A DNA stretch of 52,914 nt. Origin: a virus. Lineage: Duplodnaviria; Caudoviricetes. The stretch spans positions 1 to 52,914 of the IMG/VR virus record IMGVR_UViG_3300008107_000114. One strand, given 5' to 3'. The notes beneath the pieces were generated by a model. The model saw only the letters and a list, made by a program, of their open reading frames with translations. It did no database searches and was not told the DNA's origin. The translations under genes were made by a program, and so were the position numbers. Shown in pieces: positions 45,707-52,914 of the stretch; positions within the stretch are counted from its first letter, which is position 1, and each line of letters begins with the position of its first letter.

Positions 45707-47935
45707 TTATTCCATGGGAACTTCTGCAGGTTGTCCAGTCATTTCACCTTCTGCTGCTACAGGTGCTTCTGCCATGGATTCTACAGGTGCTTCCCCTGTT
45801 GAAGGCGGTGGTGAATTTTTAGCCATGTCACCAACAAACTTCAACTCGGAACGATAGTTATTTCCTTCTTGAGCAACTTGAGCTTGTTGCTGCTGCATTG
45901 CCATCTGGGCTTCCATTTGTGCAGCTTGCATAATACGAGCTTGTTCTTCTTGCTGTTTACGCTCACGATCTTTCTTGTCCATTGAGTACTCAAGTTCTTT
46001 GAGAAGCTCAGTGTAAGTCTTGGCTGTTTCGATGCGCAAGTAATCACGCATGTCAATCATTTGAGCTTGCATAGCCGCTTGAGCAATTGCAAGAAGACGT
46101 TCTCTAGATTGTTCATCAACAAAGTCTTTTACTTTGATATAAACGCCAAAGTCTTCAAACTTGAAGTCTTCGGTTATTTCCAAGAACTCGATTCCTCTGT
46201 CATCAAGAAGGCCAAGTGTATCGGTTTCCAAAGTCAACAACGAAACCTTGTATTGGTTCAGTGCATACTGAAGGTCGCGTTCAATGAACTGAATGAAGCC
46301 TTGATATAAATAAGAAGTACCTAGGTTTGATTGAGCAATGGAACCGGCTTGAGTTTTTGCACCGAGATATCCTTGCTGCTGACCCATTGCGATTTTAGGA
46401 ACGTTAACAATCTCTTCCATGATACGTTCTTCTTCTCTGCGAAGCGTAATCATCATGTTAACGTTAGGGTCCAGAGTCATATCAACTACTTCAACGACCT
46501 TGTTGTAATCAGCGTTGTTGAAATCTTCACCAGTCATGTTGCCATCGGTGATGTGAATCCCCATCCTTTCGAAATCGTTTAGGATTTCTTGAGAAGTTGC
46601 AGAGCCAAGTTTATGTTTGTTCAAAACGAAAACCTTGCCTTTGGCCCGGTCCGTCATTTTGGTGATCTCGTAAGTAAGATAGTCAATTCTATCTTGGTGT
46701 TTGTGAAGGCGAGATGCAATCGAACGAGTTTCGCCCATCACCATGTTTGGAAGGAATACTGAAATTGGCAACTGAACCTCACGTGGATCATCGGACCTGC
46801 GAACAATGTTCGTTGTCTCACCAAAGTCTACCACATATTTGTTGGCAATCAGAGTTCCTTTATAAATAGTCTTCACCCAGTACTTTGAGTTTTGACGAGT
46901 TCTCATCTTTGAGAAGTGCTCGTTTCCGTACTGGTCTTTTACTTGTTCGTAACGTAGTTCTTTGTAGCCTACCCAGTAACCTGTAACACAGGCCATCTTT
47001 GGAACGCCAGAGTAATTATACCACCAACGCAGTTTGTTGGAAGTGATGTACTCTTCACCGAGCATCTTGTCCAGTGTCTGAGTATTTACTGTTTTGATTT
47101 CATCGATTTCTTGGGGTGTCAGAGACTCCAAGAATTCTGGACGTGACAAAATTTCACCGGGAGTAAGCCAATCAATTTTACCTACATAGTGAGCCCTAGT
47201 GTTAAAGTCATCATCCACCGAGTTGTCCCAAATCAAGTTGTAAGGCAGAATGATTTCTTTATACTGTCTTCCGTTCTTGATTGAGTTTTCAATTCCGCAA
47301 ACTCCACCAAGCAAAAGATACAAAAATCCTTGTTTGTATTTTTCAATGAAACGGTTCCTGTAAAGAATATCATTAGCCAAACGTTGAGCAATTACTTCTG
47401 CGTACTCTTTGTAATCGTACAGCATGAATCTCTCCAAGTCTTCTGGAGTTTCAAACTGTTCTGCTCCAGTTGGATTGAACTCAGTTCCCCCTTCACTCAT
47501 GTTCATGAAGATTTCCTCATACTTTAATTTAAGCATGCCAAGGGCCAACATCATGTTCTTCTTGGAAACTAGGGCCTCAGATGTACCTTTTACAGACGGC
47601 TCGATGTTTTCAATCATCTTGATAGCATTGCCTATCATGAAATCAATCATCGAAGTCAACTTCTGTCCATTAATCCAGACAGTTGGGAGATCACAGTTGT
47701 TTTCGTCTTTCGTCTTGTAGTAGTAATCTTTGTTTTCTTGTTTGCCAAGGTAGTAAGTGAACATGCGAAGCATTTCATCTACTGGCTTTTCATATGTTGC
47801 AGTGTTCTGATACCCCAACATATTCTGCTGTGTGTTGTACTTTTCAGCAACGTAGCGCAGCGAATCCCTATACCATTCTGGATCTTTTTGATTTTCTGGT
47901 ATAAATTGATTGGGTTGGTCTCTTAAAGCAATCAT
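45707..47935 (-). CDS. Portal protein
   Basis: 742 aa; PNQFIPENQKD..WY N-terminus, EEIVNVPKIAMGQ, C-terminal Q-rich barrel helix. Confidence 0.88.
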   Translation of the reverse strand: MIALRDQPNQFIPENQKDPEWYRDSLRYVAEKYNTQQNMLGYQNTATYEKPVDEMLRMFTYYLGKQENKDYYYKTKDENNCDLPTVWINGQKLTSMIDFMIGNAIKMIENIEPSVKGTSEALVSKKNMMLALGMLKLKYEEIFMNMSEGGTEFNPTGAEQFETPEDLERFMLYDYKEYAEVIAQRLANDILYRNRFIEKYKQGFLYLLLGGVCGIENSIKNGRQYKEIILPYNLIWDNSVDDDFNTRAHYVGKIDWLTPGEILSRPEFLESLTPQEIDEIKTVNTQTLDKMLGEEYITSNKLRWWYNYSGVPKMACVTGYWVGYKELRYEQVKDQYGNEHFSKMRTRQNSKYWVKTIYKGTLIANKYVVDFGETTNIVRRSDDPREVQLPISVFLPNMVMGETRSIASRLHKHQDRIDYLTYEITKMTDRAKGKVFVLNKHKLGSATSQEILNDFERMGIHITDGNMTGEDFNNADYNKVVEVVDMTLDPNVNMMITLRREEERIMEEIVNVPKIAMGQQQGYLGAKTQAGSIAQSNLGTSYLYQGFIQFIERDLQYALNQYKVSLLTLETDTLGLLDDRGIEFLEITEDFKFEDFGVYIKVKDFVDEQSRERLLAIAQAAMQAQMIDMRDYLRIETAKTYTELLKELEYSMDKKDRERKQQEEQARIMQAAQMEAQMAMQQQQAQVAQEGNNYRSELKFVGDMAKNSPPPSTGEAPVESMAEAPVAAEGEMTGQPAEVPME

Positions 47936-48024
47936 TGAATTTTTGCGAAATTTATATAAATTTATACAAATATAACTAAAGTTAAATAAGAATTCTCTTA
48001 TTTAAGATTAAGTACTGTAAAGTA

Positions 48025-48286
48025 ATATAATGATTTGCTTGGAACTGAGGATATGCGTGAGCTATCCCAAAAAGGGTGCTCACCAAAAAAGACTTGCTCG
48101 TAGACTGTCTTCAATGACTGATGTGGAACATGCAAGCCCATCAGCTTGGAATCAACTATCGAAGGTTGCACCCTCCGTCCGGTCCTGCGAATCATTCCTT
48201 AGTGCCATCGCTGTGCTGTGCCGGAATCCCATGGTAGCACACAACCCTATAACGCCACCGTCTTTTCACCGACCGTTAAAGGGGGG
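48025..48286 (-). ncRNA. Candidate structured non-coding RNA (~260 nt), family unknown
   Basis: TACATTTG promoter element at 48296-48289; six hairpins plus a long-range closing stem; G-U pairs favour the minus strand; no credible ORF. Confidence 0.6.
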
Positions 48287-48313
48287 TACAAATGTAAAGC
48301 TCTTTTTGAAAAA

Positions 48314-48739
48314 TCAAAACGGGCTCAACATATTTTTTGAAATTAAATACTCAAGGTCATAAAAAAGCAAATCCCAAGGATTGATGTTCAGACCAAACCC
48401 AAAGTCAATGGCAAAGGTCATGATGTTATCGCACCGATAGTATTCTGAAGTAAGTAAATCTTTGTTGCGGTATACAGTTTCCAAGCCACCTGACTTGCGA
48501 CTTATCTCTCCGGCCAGATCCTTCAGCGTCATGTTTCGCTTTTTGAGGATGTAGATTAGGTTCTTGACCAGTGTCTTAGAGAGGCTATTGATTTTAAGTT
48601 CCCTTTGGTCGTAGTAGTAGCTTTTCAGCAACTCTTGGATTCTCCGATCCTCTAGAAATTTTGGACCGCCTTCTTGTCGAATGTTGATAATTTCCTGCTC
48701 AATTTCGTCGATGGTGAGTTGTCTTTTTAAAATTCTCAT
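48314..48739 (-). CDS. Putative HTH (Cro/C1-like) transcriptional regulator
   Basis: NLIYILKKRNMTLKDLAGEIS...GLNINPWDLL pattern. Confidence 0.6.
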   Translation of the reverse strand: MRILKRQLTIDEIEQEIINIRQEGGPKFLEDRRIQELLKSYYYDQRELKINSLSKTLVKNLIYILKKRNMTLKDLAGEISRKSGGLETVYRNKDLLTSEYYRCDNIMTFAIDFGFGLNINPWDLLFYDLEYLISKNMLSPF

Positions 48740-48748
48740 ATATCTTTG
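48719..48748 (+). promoter_or_regulatory. Bacteroidota sigma70-type promoter for the right-arm operon
   Basis: TTG (48719-21), 19 nt spacer, TATCTTTG (48741-48), upstream of ATG 48800. Confidence 0.65.
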
Positions 48749-48799
48749 CTCTATTCGTTTTTACGGACACAAAAATAGGGAACCTAAAATTAAATATAT

Positions 48800-49492
48800 A
48801 TGGCACTAGGAAACAACACGTCTGCAATCTATGTGGACCTGCGTAACGGCAAAGTAATGCGTTACAGCAAAACAAACGAAACCGGCACATTCCCGGTTGT
48901 TACTTCAAAAGGTGACACACGTTACTACTTCATGTACGACTACATCGAAGGACATGTTACCGGCTTCAGCACAAGAGAAGAAGAAATCGCTGGTAAGCCC
49001 AAACTGAAATTCCAAGTTCATCTTTCTGACCAAGGAGAAAACTACATTTTGAAAATGGATGTCGATTCATCTTACTTCAGAATGTTCTGCTGCGTACTTC
49101 CAAACATCAACTGGAGCTACCCGGTACGTTTCATTCCTCGTTTGAAAGAAGAGAACGGAATCAAGAAAAGCTCTCTGATTCTAGTTAACAACGGCACTCC
49201 TTTAAAGTTTGCGTTTACCAAAGACAATCCAAACGGAAAGCCTGAGGTAACTTTCACCAAGAACAAGAAAGGTGAAATCATTGACATCGACCGTGAAGAA
49301 GAACAAAAGTTTTTCTTTGACTTGATTGCCAAAGCAAAATCTCAATTGGTACACCCGGCTGTTGCACAAGAGGCTCCTTCACATCGTCCGAGCTCTAGTA
49401 TCCCAACTGGTACACCTAAGTCAGTTGATACTTTCAGCTCTGACGAAACTCAAGAAACTCCATTTACAGAAGACGACGGCTTACCTTGGTAA
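48800..49492 (+). CDS. Putative single-stranded DNA-binding protein
   Basis: Beta-rich core, disordered linker, acidic-aromatic tail EDDGLPW; near the exonuclease. Confidence 0.7.
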   Translation: MALGNNTSAIYVDLRNGKVMRYSKTNETGTFPVVTSKGDTRYYFMYDYIEGHVTGFSTREEEIAGKPKLKFQVHLSDQGENYILKMDVDSSYFRMFCCVLPNINWSYPVRFIPRLKEENGIKKSSLILVNNGTPLKFAFTKDNPNGKPEVTFTKNKKGEIIDIDREEEQKFFFDLIAKAKSQLVHPAVAQEAPSHRPSSSIPTGTPKSVDTFSSDETQETPFTEDDGLPW

Positions 49493-49502
49493 TCAATAAA
49501 CC

Positions 49503-49865
49503 ATGACAAAAATAGCTAACCCTGCGTTAGCTCAAGCCATTGCTGAAGGTATTGTAAAACCAGCCAGCGAACTCAAAGCAAAAGCAAAACCCCAAGCTCA
49601 ACCTAAAAAGGAAGCTTACGTGGAAGAAGATCCTACCAATACGGTAGGTTCTCTTCCCGGTGGTGATGCTTTGCAGCGAGTAGAAAAGAAAACGCTTGAG
49701 CACATCCAACATCATTACGATAAGGACGCAAAAATTCAAAAGCAGTCTTGCATGAAAGCAGCTGCATCCGTGTACAATCCCCCTTTTGGCGAAGACCCTG
49801 AGATGATCGCCAGTAAGGTTATTCAAATCGCAGAAAAATTATTCCAATGGGTGAACTCAAATTAA
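49503..49865 (+). CDS. Hypothetical protein (recombination-module associated)
   Basis: C-terminal IQKQSCMKAAA...IAEKLFQWV helical motif. Confidence 0.65.
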   Translation: MTKIANPALAQAIAEGIVKPASELKAKAKPQAQPKKEAYVEEDPTNTVGSLPGGDALQRVEKKTLEHIQHHYDKDAKIQKQSCMKAAASVYNPPFGEDPEMIASKVIQIAEKLFQWVNSN

Positions 49866-50851
49866 TCAACATCGACAAGGAGACCAACTACGACGAGTGG
49901 TTGGCATTCAGAACCAATGGCCTTGGGGCTTCGGACATAGGTACATTGATGGGCTTGAATCCATACAAGTCCAAGATAGAACTGTTTTATCAAAAGCTAG
50001 GGCTTATACCAATCAAGCAGGACGAGAACATTCCTATGTTCTACGGAAACCGATTGGAAGAATTCGTAGCCAACATGTGGGAGTATTACGATGGTGAGGA
50101 TCCTGAATCCGTAATCAGAAACTATGCAGCCGGAACCAAAATCCGAATCTGCAAACCGATTACTGGCTACATCACCAACAGTGATTACCCTCACTTGTTC
50201 CTTTCTCCTGACCGAGTAATGGTGTCCAAAGAAACGGACAAGATTGTTTACGGTGGAAAACTAGTAAACAAGAACTTCACTGGAGTTTTGGAAGTGAAGA
50301 CCATTAATGGTTTTGCGTCCAAGCAGTGGGAAGGCGGCATTCCTCCGTCCTACGTAACTCAGCTGCAGACTTACTTGTTTGGCTTGGAGCTTGAGTACGG
50401 TGAGATTGTTTTCTTGGAAGATGGCCGAAAGCTCTGGACAATTCCAATGGAGCTGAACCTGAACTTGAGAGACAAGATTGTTTCCGAGATGAACGAGTTC
50501 ATGCACCGCATTGATGCAGCCAAAGCTGATATCGAGAACGTTCAGATGTACGAACCAGAACCAGACGGAACCGAAGCCTTTGAAAAATTCTTGAACACCA
50601 AATACGCTGACAGTGAGTCCAAGACTTTGCAGGGAAGCGATGATATGTTCCAGATTGCTGTTCGCCACAAGGTACTGGCCGGTGAAATCAAAGAGATGGA
50701 AAGCCAACACAGAGAATGTTCAAACCTTCTCAAGAACCACATGAAAGAACACGATGCACTTGACTTCGGTGAAGAGCGTGGTAAGATTAGCTGGAGAACA
50801 GACAACCGTGGTATTAGGTCCTTGCGTAACAACATCAAACTTATAAAGTAA
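49847..50851 (+). CDS. YqaJ/lambda-exonuclease-like recombination nuclease
   Basis: EWLAFRTNGLGASD, GNRLE, SPDR, LEVKT, YVTQLQTYL. Confidence 0.92.
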   Translation: MGELKLINIDKETNYDEWLAFRTNGLGASDIGTLMGLNPYKSKIELFYQKLGLIPIKQDENIPMFYGNRLEEFVANMWEYYDGEDPESVIRNYAAGTKIRICKPITGYITNSDYPHLFLSPDRVMVSKETDKIVYGGKLVNKNFTGVLEVKTINGFASKQWEGGIPPSYVTQLQTYLFGLELEYGEIVFLEDGRKLWTIPMELNLNLRDKIVSEMNEFMHRIDAAKADIENVQMYEPEPDGTEAFEKFLNTKYADSESKTLQGSDDMFQIAVRHKVLAGEIKEMESQHRECSNLLKNHMKEHDALDFGEERGKISWRTDNRGIRSLRNNIKLIK

Positions 50852-51303
50852 TGGAAGACTCAAAGAACATAAACGAGGTAATCACCGTGTGTCCTAATCA
50901 CACTAATCCTGAAGAAATCATGCCATTGGTGTACAACAGCAAAAGCGGAGACTCCATATGCGTAACCTGCGGTGAACGCTATAGGCTTTTAGAGGGGGTT
51001 CAGGTGATGTGGACCAGAGAACTGCAAGCTCGTGCAATCAAGGCAGCAAAAACATTAGCCAATGGTGGAGAAGTAGAAGTTCACCGTTTGACTGAAAAGG
51101 CCGAATCCACTTCAAAAAATTTTGAGCAACTGCTGCACGACTTCATTCTCGAGTGGAAAGAAAACAATCCAAACGCAGACGAAAGCTCCAAGATCAAAGC
51201 GTCAGTGGTCCTATGCAGACTATACATGGAGAAAGTATCCAGCAAGTGGACCATTGAGCAGATGAAAGAGTACTTCGACGTAGACACCATAACCATATAC
51301 TGA
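50851..51303 (+). CDS. Hypothetical protein with possible Zn ribbon
   Basis: CPNH...CVTC. Confidence 0.65.
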   Translation: MEDSKNINEVITVCPNHTNPEEIMPLVYNSKSGDSICVTCGERYRLLEGVQVMWTRELQARAIKAAKTLANGGEVEVHRLTEKAESTSKNFEQLLHDFILEWKENNPNADESSKIKASVVLCRLYMEKVSSKWTIEQMKEYFDVDTITIY

Positions 51304-51314
51304 TTACACTAGTT

Positions 51315-51560
51315 ATGACACTGAAAGAAGAAGCAGAAGTATTACTCGAAGGTATTTTGAAGGAAATCAAATTTATCGATAGTTATAATTACCGAAGTCA
51401 CAATACAATGTCATTCGTTGCTAAACAGTGTGCGTTGCTAGCAGTAGACTTTGCTGAAAAGATTATGACCGAGTATGGCAGTGAAACTAACGAACTACAG
51501 AACATGGATAGATTCTTCCACGATTTAGAACAACTCAAAAAAGAAATCGAACAATCATGA
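51315..51560 (+). CDS. Small hypothetical protein (AKQCAL.AVD family of Bacteroidota phages)
   Basis: MT.KE.A..L...AKQCALLAVD...LKKEIE. Confidence 0.7.
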   Translation: MTLKEEAEVLLEGILKEIKFIDSYNYRSHNTMSFVAKQCALLAVDFAEKIMTEYGSETNELQNMDRFFHDLEQLKKEIEQS

Positions 51561-51826
51561 CAAAATACAAAGAAGTACACCCTACAGTAAGGCGAATCTT
51601 ATCGATGCGAGATGAAATCGAATATCATCTCTCACGTGAGAATCGAACCGTTGAGCAAGAGTTCAATCTCATCCTCAAGAAAGAGTCAAAATTACCAGCT
51701 CGCTTACGTGAGTTCATTCTAGAATACTTTGATAAGATCGATACAAATGAAGAATCTGAAACTCAAGGGGAGAATATTACTAATGTTCACCCTGATGTTC
51801 CTGCTGAGCTACATCCCGGAGAATAA
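51557..51826 (+). CDS. Hypothetical protein
   Basis: EQEFNLILKKESKLPARLREFI; ATGA overlap. Confidence 0.65.
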   Translation: MTKYKEVHPTVRRILSMRDEIEYHLSRENRTVEQEFNLILKKESKLPARLREFILEYFDKIDTNEESETQGENITNVHPDVPAELHPGE

Positions 51827-52034
51827 TCCTAAGATGTTCGGGGACTACATGTGTAAAGGCGGCCACTCAATCGGAGTAGGAACCGATAACTACCGTCGTG
51901 TAGGCTGTAAACAAGACGACGAACCTTCCAAGCACTGGGGGTTCAGGCATTGGGTCTGGATGTTTGCTGGTCTTACATTCGCACTATGGAACGTAGGAGA
52001 TGTAATAACGGAGATTGATCGCAACCTTAATTGA
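51747..52034 (+). CDS. Small two-TM membrane protein
   Basis: ILLMFTLMFLLSYIP and HWVWMFAGLTFALW; likely start MKNLK. Confidence 0.6.
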   Translation: MKNLKLKGRILLMFTLMFLLSYIPENNPKMFGDYMCKGGHSIGVGTDNYRRVGCKQDDEPSKHWGFRHWVWMFAGLTFALWNVGDVITEIDRNLN

Positions 52035-52609
52035 AAAATTTAGCCAACATGAATATAAAAAAATTACCTACCGTCAACTCGATACACAAGATGATTCTCA
52101 AGAACGCTTGTGACTACTTCTCTGGTCAAAGTACTCGTTCCCCATGGAGAACCGATTATGTTGTGGTGAGAAACTCTGGACGTGCAAGCAAGCATTACCA
52201 AGATACGATCTTTATCCCGAATTTTAACGATAAAGACGACTTCGAGTACTACTCTCCATTCAATTGTAATGCGTATGCTTCCGACGCAATAAAGATTATC
52301 ACAGGATCATACCAGTACCGGCTTGCTAAAAGACTCGGTATGGTATTTGGCCAGCAAATGGAGCCTGTATTCTTTAACGATTATAAGCTTGGACATGCTA
52401 TCAGTGATGCCGGTGAACAATTTCTCAAGGGAATCAACCTACTGGCGCACCCAATCCATAAGATTATCCCTCCTGTCACACCAATATCGAACGTTTCTAA
52501 AGCGTCGATCGTAATTGACCCAGCTGCACACGCTTTATTAAAACACAATTTCAATAATAGAAGTGTGAACTTTAATCTGTACGTCGTTGACCTCTCATTT
52601 TTGATGTAA
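52031..52609 (+). CDS. Hypothetical protein
   Basis: 192 aa ORF (start may be the ATG at 52049). Confidence 0.6.
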   Translation: MKNLANMNIKKLPTVNSIHKMILKNACDYFSGQSTRSPWRTDYVVVRNSGRASKHYQDTIFIPNFNDKDDFEYYSPFNCNAYASDAIKIITGSYQYRLAKRLGMVFGQQMEPVFFNDYKLGHAISDAGEQFLKGINLLAHPIHKIIPPVTPISNVSKASIVIDPAAHALLKHNFNNRSVNFNLYVVDLSFLM

Positions 52610-52626
52610 AGTGGCTAAAATGACGC

Positions 52627-52702
52627 TTGTATAACTTTTTGTAGAAGTTTTTTGGTCTCCACCCGGGAAAATCGGAGACCCAGTTCGTAAAAAGTTATAC
52701 AA
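52627..52702. repeat. Nested inverted repeat
   Basis: TTGTATAACTTTTT (52627-40) / AAAAAGTTATACAA (52689-702), perfect 14 bp; inner GGTCTCC (52654-60) / GGAGACC (52674-80). Confidence 0.85.
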
Positions 52703-52914
52703 AACCTTATACAAAACACCACTTTAAGGCCCTCTGGTAACAACCGGGGGGCTTTTTTAATGTACCCGGGGGGTCTGTATACCCGGGGGTACTGCTTGTG
52801 TGAGCGGTGGAGGTTAACGTTATAAAAATCTTCAATAAATCACTCAAAAAAACACCCCCCGCCTTCATGCATGCCCGCCCCCGCGAAACCATGCGCAAGG
52901 AACATACACGGTTT

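Noticed and set aside
19319-47926. Numerous short plus-strand ORFs inside the late block
   Set aside because: Antisense shadows of long minus-strand genes, with no motifs or expression signals
48116-48146. CUGAUG as a hammerhead ribozyme core
   Set aside because: Not followed by A (CUGAUGA) on either strand, and no correctly placed GAAA/stem arrangement
47998-48362. ORFs 47998..48195 (-) and 48030..48362 (+)
   Set aside because: Atypical composition and no motifs; they overlap the structured RNA candidate, which explains the region better
52707-52898. 63-aa minus-strand ORF at the right end
   Set aside because: Runs through homopolymer and palindromic repeats; more likely non-coding
1-52914. 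Prophage/temperate interpretation, tRNAs, introns or inteins
   Set aside because: No integrase, host genes, cloverleafs or split/intein-bearing genes recognised; the window is a partial genome, so these could lie outside it

Overview
This window is a large part of a lytic dsDNA tailed phage genome, most likely a podovirus with a crAss-like (Crassvirales-related) virion module infecting a Bacteroidota host. The host is inferred from repeated TAnnTTTG promoter elements. Left arm (+, 1-6065): small early genes, replisome-organizer-like protein, fused primase-helicase, family B DNA polymerase (3' end broken by a frameshift/deletion) and a stand-alone DnaA domain IV-like protein. A ~42 kb minus-strand late block (47935 to 6049) encodes portal, scaffold, HK97-type major capsid, auxiliary capsid protein, NinG, three ring proteins, tail muzzle, ejected cargo proteins including a 4084-aa polyvalent protein, tail fibres, dispersed lysis genes, a cluster of tiny Lys-rich proteins and the terminase. 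Right arm (+, 48800-52609): SSB-like, YqaJ exonuclease and small genes, then a palindromic non-coding region. Best novel candidates: a ~260-nt promoter-driven structured RNA just upstream of the portal gene; near-leaderless host-type promoters for late genes; a possible origin with DnaA-box-like repeats paired with the phage DnaA-IV protein; and the basic micro-protein cluster. No tRNA, rRNA, CRISPR array or integrase was seen. All family calls come from motif recognition by eye, not database searches.
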